Shown here one piece after another: positions 34,801 through 42,936 of a stretch of 64,000 nt of DNA; positions within the stretch are counted from its first letter, which is position 1; the number at the start of each line of letters is the position of its first letter. A model generated the notes under the pieces. That model was not told where the DNA came from and made no database searches. It was given only the letters and a program-made list of their open reading frames with translations. The DNA is from a virus (taxonomy: Duplodnaviria; Caudoviricetes), in the IMG/VR virus record IMGVR_UViG_3300046171_000271; one strand, given 5' to 3'. The translations under genes were made by a program, and so were the position numbers.

Positions 34801-36515
34801 TGCGTGGTGCTGGTGAAGGAAAATCACTGCAATCAACCACTACAAACGCCGAAGGCTCTGCCTTGGATAATGCAACTTATGGATATCTAAGTGCTCACAC
34901 GTCTGATGGCTTTACAGTAGATGCCGGAAGTTCTCCTACCTATTTGAACGTTAATAACATTAACTACGTTGCCTGGGCATGGGACGCAGGTGCAAACAGC
35001 AGCAAGACTTATAACGTCACCGTTGTTTCAGATAGCGGCAACAAGTATCGCTTTGATGGGCATGGAACGAGTGCTGTAACGCTTGATCTTGAGGAAGGCA
35101 GCACATATACATTTGATCAATCAGATAGCAGCAATGCAGGGCATCCCATACGGTTCTCTACAACGTCTGATGGAACGCATGGCAGTGGCAGTGAGTACAC
35201 CACTGGTGTTGTAACTAGTGGAACGCCAGGATCTGCTGGTGCATACACGAAGATTACAATTGCATCTGGTGCTCCAACGCTTTATTACTACTGCTCAGTG
35301 CATAGCGGAATGGGCGGTCAGGCAAATACAAACAGCACTGCTGGTGCGACAGTGTTGTCAGGCAGTTTGAATGATGACTTGTACGATCAAAGCCAGAATT
35401 GGACTAGCTTCGGGACTGGCACTCATTGGGGAACTAGAAGTTGGGCTAATTCATTTAATGGTGTTATAGGGACTGGCCCCAATGATCATACATTGCCTGC
35501 AGCGGGTCAGACTATGACCTGGACTCCTTCTTCAGCTATAACTGTAAATGAGTCCGTAGTTATTTACGGCAACAATGATACTGACAATTCAACTTACGGA
35601 ATCAAACTGAATGGAGGTAACTTTGTACTTCCTGCCAACGCTGGGGTGTATGGAGCCCCTGTGACTATTCTGGCTGCAGAACTTAGTGGTTCTCTGACTA
35701 GTATCGAATTAATATCTGATGCATCGCATAACGCACCATATCTGACAGCCGTTAAAGTTGACGGCAAACTCCTGGTTGACTCTAGCGTTAGTATTACTAC
35801 CCCATCAATCAATTCTGTAGTCCGCGCCAATCCGGCTGCTGGGTTCTCGATTGTTTCTGTAACTGAAGCGGCAGCGTCAGGCGGTAGCACTGTGGGGCAT
35901 GGATTAAACGCGAAACCTCATATGATCATAGAGAAAAGTAGAACTGGTTCTACGCCTTGGTACATACATAATTCCGAGTTAGGTGATATGTCTGGATCAT
36001 TTCTTCGTTTTGACACTGGTACCAAACAAGTTGATAACGCTTGGAATTTAGTTGAGCCCACTTCCACAACTTTTGGAATTGATCCCACTTATGTACTTGG
36101 CGACGCAAATGCTGATGTAATATATTACCTTTTCACCCCAGTGGAAGGCTATAGCGCGATTGGTTCGTACACAGCAAATGCTTTAGATGACGGGCCCTAT
36201 GTATATACCGGCTTCAGGCCGAAATGGATCATGATCAAACATGCGACTGGTACTGGCAGTGCCTATTCGAGTTGGATAATTCTTGATACAGAGAGAGATA
36301 CTTACAATGTGTCTGACGCAAGCTTGCTTGCAAACAGGACTTCGGTTGAAGGCACTCGTGGTGATGGCGCAGGAACTGCTGGGCCATGGATGGATATTCT
36401 TTCCAACGGCTTTAAAATTAGATACTCTTGGCAAGTTGTAAATGGAACAAGCGGTGATAAGTACATCTACATGGCCTTCGCCGAGAATCCTTTCAAAACC
36501 GCCCGTGCGCGGTAA
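31899..36515 (+). CDS. receptor-binding fibre tip: LamG/ConA x2, SPRY, cupredoxin-like insert
   Basis: RSLRFNS..TWTWSGWVK..RDPSAWYHLVV; SPRY GDVLGMAVD..FYKNG; YYYCSVHSGMGG; ends YIYMAFAENPFKTARAR. Confidence 0.85.
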   Translation: MSLPNELISAALGGGAAADTDYQIQRSLRFNSGDTAYLSRTPSSASNRRTWTWSGWVKLISLTGEVNFFNGGTSSSNDFTIKLRDGSLWVQEYSGLWAWRLRTDGLFRDPSAWYHLVVAFDSTQTTSTNRIKIYINGIQETSFTTAEYPSENFESLVNKTDPRYFGYSPAYNYSSFYLAETHFIDGQALAPTDFGEFDDSNVWQPKNVSIRSINNGTNWASSSYNAVTGTTGSTDMTNAFDGSLSTYTSLGSGDGSATSTVTFTPPSSITVTKSVRVYIGVDRGQSISVNGSQTNASVSAGWNDTGFTGTLSSLAIGPTNAGSSSNIAAIEINGEILISSYNNSSGYGTNGFHLDFSDNSNAPALGLNANEATTFNGVDFNNASYLLHAYNADFNFGTGSFTVETYVYLKSNTTIEGIYATSGGAGASPKIVFYIDNGTPKIHHNGFGSSTYLSATSTISTNTWTHLAFVRNGSSWSWYIDGTQSGTGSDSTNFTFTNQGTEIGQGGESYFSPFDGVISNLRVVKDAVYTSGFTAPSTPLSNISNTVLLCCQSSSSATAATVIPSNFTTSGTPIAGTFGNTSWTVGNLSAPPSNTGVYASNFVSSNGFNASYPSIRAFDGNTGTYAQASTTGGTLTFTPPSAISYSSSIKIYMPSAGATATINGGSAISVANSSETTIASGSGTLTSLVLAASNLPGLAYIKIDDQILVNTGLDSGTDSLVDTPTNYGDDTGAGGEVRGNYATFNPLSIKANQGTMENGNLTLKASGSYYIEGKSTIDVFSVDNYSELTVTSVSGIDSFAYGIGDIDAWVITGGGSYVVYRENGAIISYPGNTTLGTVSSYTQGDVLGMAVDSTNVKFYKNGTLQGTYAHGKSGTFFAMAMNVPNTGSAQLDINFGQREWAFSAPSGYKALCTQNLSEPTIADGSAYFDTKLYTGNGSTQTISGLSFSPDLTWVKGRSATQHHFYDTVRGAGEGKSLQSTTTNAEGSALDNATYGYLSAHTSDGFTVDAGSSPTYLNVNNINYVAWAWDAGANSSKTYNVTVVSDSGNKYRFDGHGTSAVTLDLEEGSTYTFDQSDSSNAGHPIRFSTTSDGTHGSGSEYTTGVVTSGTPGSAGAYTKITIASGAPTLYYYCSVHSGMGGQANTNSTAGATVLSGSLNDDLYDQSQNWTSFGTGTHWGTRSWANSFNGVIGTGPNDHTLPAAGQTMTWTPSSAITVNESVVIYGNNDTDNSTYGIKLNGGNFVLPANAGVYGAPVTILAAELSGSLTSIELISDASHNAPYLTAVKVDGKLLVDSSVSITTPSINSVVRANPAAGFSIVSVTEAAASGGSTVGHGLNAKPHMIIEKSRTGSTPWYIHNSELGDMSGSFLRFDTGTKQVDNAWNLVEPTSTTFGIDPTYVLGDANADVIYYLFTPVEGYSAIGSYTANALDDGPYVYTGFRPKWIMIKHATGTGSAYSSWIILDTERDTYNVSDASLLANRTSVEGTRGDGAGTAGPWMDILSNGFKIRYSWQVVNGTSGDKYIYMAFAENPFKTARAR

Positions 36516-36539
36516 ACACCACCTACTATAATCACAATC

Positions 36540-37205
36540 ATGTTTACTATCAACGGCCAAACAATTCCATACGATCGCGCATGGACACATCCAGAAACAG
36601 GTAGTCATTACCCAGCTAATTGGTTACGTTTAGCATCACCAGAAATGAAATCAGCTGCTGGTTTAGTTGAAACAACTTCATCACCTTCTTCAGTTCATGA
36701 TCAACGTTTCTACTGGAATGCAACTACTCCCAAGCAGTTAAATGATGAACCAGTCCTTGATGAAGAGGGTAATGATACTGGCGAAGTTACAACTGGGTTA
36801 AAGACACTGTATAAGAATGAGCAAAATACAACTGCTAATACATTGCTCGCTCCATCTGACTGGAGAGTTGTTAAAGCACTAGAAGTTAGTGGTAGTTATG
36901 ATGCTGCTCAGTCTGCGCTTCCAGATTCATGGAAAACATATCGTGCTGCTGTTCGTACAACTTGCAACACACGTCAAACTGAAATTGATGCGTGTTCTGA
37001 TGTTGATGAATTAAAAGAACTTCTTTATGGTTTAGTTACTATCACTCGTCAACAAACTGACAGTGAGGGTAACGGTATTGTAGAACCTGACACTATTACA
37101 GATGAGTCAGGTAACGAAATAGATAACCCCATTGCAGGACAACCTGTAATGGAAACTGTTGCCAACCCAAATCTTGCTACTGCCTGGCCTGATCTTCCTG
37201 CTTGA
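36540..37205 (+). CDS. tail fibre assembly/chaperone protein
   Basis: HYPANWLRL..DQRFYW..LLAPSDWRVVK..YRAAVR; follows fibre tip. Confidence 0.7.
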   Translation: MFTINGQTIPYDRAWTHPETGSHYPANWLRLASPEMKSAAGLVETTSSPSSVHDQRFYWNATTPKQLNDEPVLDEEGNDTGEVTTGLKTLYKNEQNTTANTLLAPSDWRVVKALEVSGSYDAAQSALPDSWKTYRAAVRTTCNTRQTEIDACSDVDELKELLYGLVTITRQQTDSEGNGIVEPDTITDESGNEIDNPIAGQPVMETVANPNLATAWPDLPA

Positions 37206-37220
37206 TAAAAAATAATTTAT

Positions 37221-37278
37221 AGGACACTTTTTAAAGTGGCACACACCCGTCAGGTTTTCGCTTGACGGGTTTTATAAT
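37221..37278 (+). promoter_or_regulatory. early promoter element copy 1
   Basis: AGGACA-N10-TGGCACA; TATAAT at 37273. Confidence 0.7.
37246..37273 (+). terminator. intrinsic terminator of tail-fibre operon
   Basis: CCCGTCAG/TTGACGGG stem followed by TTTT. Confidence 0.75.
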
Positions 37279-37300
37279 ATGTGCATCCACACAGAACAGG

Positions 37301-37762
37301 ATGACTGCACTCGGAACAAAAAGCAGAAATTTTAATCCCATTGGAATTTTCGAGGATTGCAAAAAAAGGCATAATGTAGTGGACAAATCTATTCAACTCG
37401 CACAATTTATTTTTACTAAAAAGGGATACACCTGTTTTGTTCCAAACAATCCAGATACAGACTGTGATTGCGATTTCATTGCATTAAAAGGTTCTGTCAC
37501 CGAACTAGTTTCAGTCAAATCAACGACACAAATGACAAGAAACTCTTCTGATCCAAAACCAGAAATAAACATTAGAACTAATAGCAAATCAAAAGATAAT
37601 TGTGGAGAGGTTACAATCCCAAAAAATTATGACAAAATGATTGGCATCTCTCATCTTGGAACATATTGCATTTGGAGTAAAGAAGATCTCAAAGATGTTA
37701 AAAGTACAAGAGCTTTTGGTGTTAAAGAACATCAAGAATGTGGAGAAATTAAATTAGTATGA
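37301..37762 (+). CDS. putative PD-(D/E)xK endonuclease
   Basis: KKGYTCFVP..CDFIALKG..LVSVKST pattern; ATG 37301 lies downstream of promoter. Confidence 0.5.
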   Translation: MTALGTKSRNFNPIGIFEDCKKRHNVVDKSIQLAQFIFTKKGYTCFVPNNPDTDCDCDFIALKGSVTELVSVKSTTQMTRNSSDPKPEINIRTNSKSKDNCGEVTIPKNYDKMIGISHLGTYCIWSKEDLKDVKSTRAFGVKEHQECGEIKLV

Positions 37763-37857
37763 CTGTCACTGAAAAACTTGTCTTCATTGCATCATTTTTC
37801 TGGTTGATGAACTGGGGAACCCGTGTAACTTCTGCTGCGATCAATGCTTTATCTTGA
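37759..37857 (+). CDS. 32 aa hydrophobic peptide
   Basis: MTVTEKLVFIASFFWLMNWGTRV; ATGA overlap with upstream gene. Confidence 0.45.
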   Translation: MTVTEKLVFIASFFWLMNWGTRVTSAAINALS

Positions 37858-38308
37858 CATCACTGGAAAAGCACCTAAAAGGCGCTGTAAGAAGATTGTA
37901 GAGTGGTTCAAGGCAAAGTATATGCCTAACCACCACTTAGACATTACAGTAGCTCACAGAGGACTTAAGAGGGAACATGCTCAAGGGTTCTGCACTGTTA
38001 TGGACTGCGATCATCGCCCCCGTGAGTTTTTGATTGAAATGGAAACTACTCTTAAGGAGCAAGATTACATCACTGTTCTTCTACATGAACTCTGGCATGT
38101 TTATCAGCATGTTAATGGTTCACTTCGTGATAAGCGTGGTGTGAGACATTGGAAAAATGTTGATTCTGATACTCTTGCCTATAAAGATCAACCTTGGGAG
38201 CATGAAGCAGTAGAGATGGAGAAGAAACTCTATAGTTGCTACATGGGACTAGGCCCCGAATCTTACGGAAAGGGAACACCATTTCCAAACCGCTTGACAA
38301 ATTACTAA
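37844..38308 (+). CDS. zincin (HExxH) metallopeptidase-like protein
   Basis: VLLHELWHVYQ..PWEHEA. Confidence 0.75.
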   Translation: MLYLDITGKAPKRRCKKIVEWFKAKYMPNHHLDITVAHRGLKREHAQGFCTVMDCDHRPREFLIEMETTLKEQDYITVLLHELWHVYQHVNGSLRDKRGVRHWKNVDSDTLAYKDQPWEHEAVEMEKKLYSCYMGLGPESYGKGTPFPNRLTNY

Positions 38309-38321
38309 ATTCTCCTATAAT
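38294..38321 (+). promoter_or_regulatory. sigma70-type promoter
   Basis: TTGACA-16-TATAAT. Confidence 0.7.
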
Positions 38322-38345
38322 ACCTTTGTGAAGGTTGATCAAACT

Positions 38346-38540
38346 ATGAAAAACGAGTTCATCTGTGTCAAACCAAAGTCTTCTAAGGCTAAAAACCGCT
38401 TTGCAAATGAGATGGATCTCTTACATTCTTGTAGGGTTGAGAAACGAGAGAATGGCAAGGTTTTTCTAGCATCAATCAGTGGTAAATACTTCTTTTGGAT
38501 GAATGAATTATCCGATGATCATTGGGAGGTTATCACATGA
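38346..38540 (+). CDS. small hypothetical protein (PKS.KAKNRF family)
   Basis: paralogue at 50500. Confidence 0.7.
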   Translation: MKNEFICVKPKSSKAKNRFANEMDLLHSCRVEKRENGKVFLASISGKYFFWMNELSDDHWEVIT

Positions 38541-38710
38541 TAGAATTTTTTCTTAGTTCATCATTATCATGTGGTGATGCTAGGATTTTAATTAATAAAC
38601 TAGAAAAGCGTCGTACTGACATGGGTGATCATGTTGTCAACGAGCTCATCTATGAAGTAAAAAACCATGTACCGGAGTGTTTTAATGAAAGATCAGTACA
38701 GCATCGATGA
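38537..38710 (+). CDS. small hypothetical protein
   Basis: MIEFFLSSSLSCGDA..PEC. Confidence 0.55.
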   Translation: MIEFFLSSSLSCGDARILINKLEKRRTDMGDHVVNELIYEVKNHVPECFNERSVQHR

Positions 38711-38882
38711 CGGAGAATCAAAACAAGAAAAATGGAACAGAGGATTAGATTTATTCATTGAATCTGTGTTAAAACCAGATCCTGCATTACGTCAATGTGC
38801 TCACAATCAACGTTGTTATCATGAACTAATGGATGTCAGGAATGACATTCTCGAACATCTTAAATCAAAACGCTGGAACTAA
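38667..38882 (+). CDS. small hypothetical protein
   Basis: WNRGLDLFIESVLKPDPALRQCAHNQRCYHELM. Confidence 0.7.
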   Translation: MYRSVLMKDQYSIDDGESKQEKWNRGLDLFIESVLKPDPALRQCAHNQRCYHELMDVRNDILEHLKSKRWN

Positions 38883-39094
38883 TGACTGCACTAATTGAAC
38901 CATCAGATTCTCAGTATTTTACTGAATCGTCTGATAAATTATATGATCGACACACCTACAAAATTGTTAGTAAGTCAGGTGAATCAACGATAGTTGATAA
39001 TTGGATGCAAGTCAGAGAAATCTGGTGGAACAGTAAAAAGTTTTTATCTCATGTTGAAGTTCTTGATGTAAAAAAATTAAAGGGATTCAAATGA
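38882..39094 (+). CDS. small hypothetical protein
   Basis: coupled ORF, 70 aa. Confidence 0.65.
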   Translation: MTALIEPSDSQYFTESSDKLYDRHTYKIVSKSGESTIVDNWMQVREIWWNSKKFLSHVEVLDVKKLKGFK

Positions 39095-39243
39095 AAACCA
39101 CATTAACAGTTAGCAATGATGGTATTCTAACATTTCCAGATGAAGTGCTTGAAGAATTTGGATGGAAAGAGGGAGATGTGTTAGAATGGATTGATAACAA
39201 AGATGGTTCATTTTCTCTCGTTAAATCTGACGATCATGGTTAA
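39091..39243 (+). CDS. AbrB/MazE-like DNA-binding protein (not in ORF track)
   Basis: DGILTFPDEVLEEFGWKEGDVLEW matches AbrB swapped-hairpin pattern (l.iP..i...lg...Gd.l.). Confidence 0.65.
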   Translation: MKTTLTVSNDGILTFPDEVLEEFGWKEGDVLEWIDNKDGSFSLVKSDDHG

Positions 39244-39379
39244 ACATACAAATGAAAAAATACCTCTAGTTCTATCATTTTTAGCATGTTTGTTGTTTGC
39301 TGTTAGTATTATTATTGCCGGATACTTTCATAGCAATATGCATCTTTTTACATTACTAAAAAACACTTCTAATTCTTAG
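39236..39379 (+). CDS. small membrane protein
   Basis: LVLSFLACLLFAVSIIIAGY hydrophobic stretch. Confidence 0.5.
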   Translation: MVKHTNEKIPLVLSFLACLLFAVSIIIAGYFHSNMHLFTLLKNTSNS

Positions 39380-39380
39380 T

Positions 39381-39854
39381 ATGAGTTTTGTTCAATATAA
39401 AAAACATCGAGTCTTTCGTGAAACAGAAGATGTAACTTTCTATGATATTTCAGTAGAAGATTCTAATGCGTCTGACTTAGTTGTTCATAATGGCCCAGCA
39501 ATATCGCCACCTGATGACATTGTAGGTGCAAAACAGTTCTATATTCACTATCATCAAATCGATCATAATCGTGTTCTTTCTGGAACAAGGATATTTGAGT
39601 TAGTTAATCTTGATTGGAAATTTCCATATCATATTGTTCATTTAAATCGTCAAAGTGGAGCATTGATTATTCCTACTAAAACATATCATAGAAGTATTTC
39701 AGGAGAGGACGGATCAATCGTTATCAATCAAGCAATTCGAGATGATGATTTTGATTCTGAAAAGGAGTTCATTCCAGTATCCTCTGGACAAAATAAAGAA
39801 CTTTATAATATACTGGTTAATGAAAAGCCTGTAATTCATAATATAGGTGAGTGA
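39381..39854 (+). CDS. RmlC-like cupin-fold protein
   Basis: FYIHYHQIDHNRVLSG..ALIIP..TYHRSISG. Confidence 0.6.
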   Translation: MSFVQYKKHRVFRETEDVTFYDISVEDSNASDLVVHNGPAISPPDDIVGAKQFYIHYHQIDHNRVLSGTRIFELVNLDWKFPYHIVHLNRQSGALIIPTKTYHRSISGEDGSIVINQAIRDDDFDSEKEFIPVSSGQNKELYNILVNEKPVIHNIGE

Positions 39855-39864
39855 CAAAGAAAAA

Positions 39865-40026
39865 ATGAACTTTACCTCAGAAGAATTGAAGTATCTGCAT
39901 CATGTTCTATCTACTACCAGTTCTTATACTATTGCTAGAGGTGAGCAAATCGATCATCCAACAGTAAAGCATCAAAAATTACAACAAAAAATTCAAGAAC
40001 AACTTGACAAAATCCACTGGAAATAA
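39865..40026 (+). CDS. small hypothetical protein
   Basis: MNFTSEELKYLHHVLS; 53 aa. Confidence 0.5.
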   Translation: MNFTSEELKYLHHVLSTTSSYTIARGEQIDHPTVKHQKLQQKIQEQLDKIHWK

Positions 40027-40282
40027 ATTTGGTTTCAATATGCTATTGGCAACTACAAAAATGAAACGTCCTAGTTTACTTGATTCAACAGGTTCAGTTC
40101 AATTTCCTTTTGAAACATTTCCCTGGAGACTTGAACTAAAAGACGTAGTGTGTCACTTTGAGTGTAAAGAACACATGATAAAGTATCTGAACAGATACGA
40201 ATTTAAACCAAAAGATGTGAAAATTTCTAATCGTTATGGCGAAAAGTATCAGTACAGAGGTAAAAAAAAGAAATCTACATAG
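40004..40282 (+). CDS. small hypothetical protein
   Basis: FPFETFPWRLE..CHFECKEHMIKYLNRY. Confidence 0.65.
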   Translation: MTKSTGNKFGFNMLLATTKMKRPSLLDSTGSVQFPFETFPWRLELKDVVCHFECKEHMIKYLNRYEFKPKDVKISNRYGEKYQYRGKKKKST

Positions 40283-40781
40283 TGGTAGATGCGAAACAGG
40301 TATGAGTGATGAATTGCCTATTAAACCGCACACACAAATCTTAGTTCTCAACAATAGTTACGAACCAATTAATGTTACAAATTGGAAACGTGCTATTGTT
40401 CTTCTTCTTAAGGAAAAAGCACAAGCATTATCAAAACGAGTCATCAGATTAGTTAATTATATTCGTATCCCTTTTGCAAAAATCATCGCTCATACACCAT
40501 CAAGAGCGATGATTTACAAGAGGGACAATAATAAGTGTCAGTATTGTGGGGCTACAAGATCACTTACTATTGATCATGTTATCCCCAGAAGTCGTGGAGG
40601 TGGGGACACTTGGGATAATTTAGTTATTGCATGTTCATCATGTAATGTCAAGAAAGGAGATAAATTTCTTGAACAAACTAACATGAAACTTGCAAGAAAA
40701 CCTTTTACCCCCTATAATAAGGTACAATTTTCATTATCTGGTACTCAAGTGCCTGAATGGCAGGAGTTTTTATTTGTATGA
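40236..40781 (+). CDS. HNH endonuclease (likely start 40302)
   Basis: LVLNNSYEP..IYKRDNNKCQYCG..LTIDHVIPRSRGGGDTWDNLVIACSSCNVKKG. Confidence 0.9.
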   Translation: MAKSISTEVKKRNLHSGRCETGMSDELPIKPHTQILVLNNSYEPINVTNWKRAIVLLLKEKAQALSKRVIRLVNYIRIPFAKIIAHTPSRAMIYKRDNNKCQYCGATRSLTIDHVIPRSRGGGDTWDNLVIACSSCNVKKGDKFLEQTNMKLARKPFTPYNKVQFSLSGTQVPEWQEFLFV

Positions 40782-40978
40782 AAGAAAAAGTTAGAGCACA
40801 AGTAAAGAGTCGCTGGTATTATATTTTCTGGGGACTTGCAACAATTTTTGTAGTATGGGGGCAGATTTATGTTGGAACTGGTTACCGTATTGTGGCAAAT
40901 AAAATGATTGAACTATTAAATAAGGTAGACGGTGTTTTATTGTATAAAAGTGAAGAATCGCTTAAAGATTACTTTTAA
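40757..40978 (+). CDS. small membrane protein
   Basis: WYYIFWGLATIFVVWGQIYVG. Confidence 0.6.
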   Translation: MAGVFICMKEKVRAQVKSRWYYIFWGLATIFVVWGQIYVGTGYRIVANKMIELLNKVDGVLLYKSEESLKDYF

Positions 40979-41049
40979 TGTAAAGAAATATAAATTAAGT
41001 TAGTATATCACCATAATAGTGATATAATACTGTTAATTAAGAAACTCTC

Positions 41050-41313
41050 ATGACTCTTCCAAAGGATAAAAAACCAAAAAAAGAGGAAATTGATAGCATG
41101 AAAATTGCAGTAAAAGAGGTTGATATCAGAGCAATTCATCCAGATAAAATGGAAGATTTCGCTGCACATATGGTAGAACAATTAAAAGAAGAAACACAAA
41201 GTTTTTATGATAAACTATGGGAACTTTTGGAAACTGAACTTGGTGATACTGTTTTCTGTGATCAGATGGCAGATAGAATCTATGATTTGGTAAAGGAACA
41301 CTACAATGACTGA
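41050..41313 (+). CDS. hypothetical protein
   Basis: MTLPKDKKP..AIHPDKMEDFA. Confidence 0.6.
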   Translation: MTLPKDKKPKKEEIDSMKIAVKEVDIRAIHPDKMEDFAAHMVEQLKEETQSFYDKLWELLETELGDTVFCDQMADRIYDLVKEHYND

Positions 41314-41340
41314 AAAAGAAGGACAACTAAAAGAATCTCA

Positions 41341-42192
41341 ATGAATCAAATTTTGTTATCTGATTGTGTGTCGGGGATGAAGACACTTGGTAGTGAATCT
41401 ATTGACTTATGCGTCACATCCCCTCCTTATGATGATCTTCGTTCATATAATGATAGTTCATCATGGAACTTTGATACATTTAAGAATGTCGCCACTGAAC
41501 TTTATCGTGTGATGAAGATTGGCGGTGTTGTTGTATGGGTGATTGGAGATGCTACAGTCAAAGGTAGTGAAACTGGTTCTAGTTTCCGTCAGGTTCTACA
41601 CTTTATGGATCTTGGGTTTCTATTACATGACACCATGATCTATGAGAAAAATGGTAGTCCTTTTCCAGCAAAGAGGACAGGTAACAGATATTCACAAATC
41701 TTTGAGTATATGTTTGTCTTCTCAAAGAAAACTAAACCAAAGACTGCACATTTGCTGTGTGATAAACCAAATCGATGGGCAGGATATACACACTTTGGCA
41801 AGGGAACTATCAGGACTAAAGATGGACAACTAAAAGATAGGCAAATTAAACCCATCCCGGAATTTAGTCCAAGAAATAACATCTGGAAATATAATACAGG
41901 CAAAGGATACTCAACTAAAGATGATGTTGCCTTTGAACATCCCGCAATCTTTCCCGAAAAGTTAGCTAAAGATCATATTCTTACATGGAGTGATGAGGGA
42001 GATATAGTTTTAGATCCTTTTATGGGTTCAGGAACTACTGCTGTTTGTTGTTTAGAAACGAAGAGAAAGTTTATAGGATTTGAGATTGATAAAACTTATC
42101 ATGACATCTGCACTAGGAGATTAGAACAGCATGTGACAGTTGAAGAAGCGTCACTACCGGAGTCGAACCCTCTGGAGGATGCTCTATATTGA
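41341..42192 (+). CDS. beta-class amino DNA methyltransferase (N4-C likely)
   Basis: motif IV DLCVTSPPY N-terminal; HPAIFPEKL; motif I VLDPFMGSGTT C-terminal. Confidence 0.92.
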   Translation: MNQILLSDCVSGMKTLGSESIDLCVTSPPYDDLRSYNDSSSWNFDTFKNVATELYRVMKIGGVVVWVIGDATVKGSETGSSFRQVLHFMDLGFLLHDTMIYEKNGSPFPAKRTGNRYSQIFEYMFVFSKKTKPKTAHLLCDKPNRWAGYTHFGKGTIRTKDGQLKDRQIKPIPEFSPRNNIWKYNTGKGYSTKDDVAFEHPAIFPEKLAKDHILTWSDEGDIVLDPFMGSGTTAVCCLETKRKFIGFEIDKTYHDICTRRLEQHVTVEEASLPESNPLEDALY

Positions 42193-42213
42193 TTGTGTTA
42201 AAGCAATTTACAC

Positions 42214-42867
42214 ATGACTGCAACAACAATCCGCGACTACTTCAGCGATTCTAATATCGTTGCTGAAATTGTCCGCGAACTCAACACGGAGATCGGGTTC
42301 TGTCCCATTCTTCGCAATCTCAAACGAGAGAAGGATTATGGCGTCATTGATAACGACAGCATCACATTCCGTGAACTAGGGGCCGAAGATCGGAATGAGG
42401 TGTTTGTCTATCTGGGACGTATCCTTGAGTCTGTTCTTACCTGCCAACTGGCAAAGTGCGATTCTTTCGATGTAAAGAAGGATCGCAGTTCTTCTGGTGA
42501 TGTTACCATCAACGGACGCATCTGGGAGATCAAAGGAACATCTGGTAAGAACTCTTGGACTGGTTCTACACATGCCACCAAGAAAGAAGACGACAAGATG
42601 GACTTCATCGGTATCAAGTATGGACTGAATGAAGACATCAACGTCTTTGATATCTTTACTGGTGACTCTAAACTGATTGAAGAAATCTTCATCGGTGTAT
42701 TCGATCAGATCGAATTGATCCGCCGGGGTAGTGCTACTCAGTCCAATTCTCGCACTTCTCTTCTCATCGGTATTGATGAGTATGAGACAGTTAAGGAGCA
42801 AATTGCATGGGGTTGGCTCAAGAAACCACAACGCAATGGTAAGTATCTTCAACTATGTGCCGCCTGA
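42214..42867 (+). CDS. putative type II restriction-like PD-(D/E)xK endonuclease
   Basis: E..LT..SSGDVTINGRIWEIKG; starts 21 nt after the MTase. Confidence 0.55.
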   Translation: MTATTIRDYFSDSNIVAEIVRELNTEIGFCPILRNLKREKDYGVIDNDSITFRELGAEDRNEVFVYLGRILESVLTCQLAKCDSFDVKKDRSSSGDVTINGRIWEIKGTSGKNSWTGSTHATKKEDDKMDFIGIKYGLNEDINVFDIFTGDSKLIEEIFIGVFDQIELIRRGSATQSNSRTSLLIGIDEYETVKEQIAWGWLKKPQRNGKYLQLCAA

Positions 42868-42928
42868 GGTAGTGGCACACGGGGGGTTTCGCACCTCCCT
42901 TTTTCATGTATTATTAAAGAGTCAAAGG
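42856..42928 (+). promoter_or_regulatory. early promoter element copy 2 with terminator-like hairpin
   Basis: TGTGCCG-N10-TGGCACA, GGGGGG/CCTCCC stem + T-run, TATTAT at 42909, AGAGTCAAAGG. Confidence 0.8.
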
Positions 42929-42936
42929 AACACACC

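Noticed and set aside
21458-37205. Diversity-generating retroelement acting on fibre tips
   Set aside because: There is no reverse transcriptase in the window, and I saw no near-identical TR/VR pair differing at adenines.
41002-41030. Inverted repeat TATATCAC/GTGATATA upstream of 41050
   Set aside because: It is short, AT-rich and single-copy, so it cannot be distinguished from chance.
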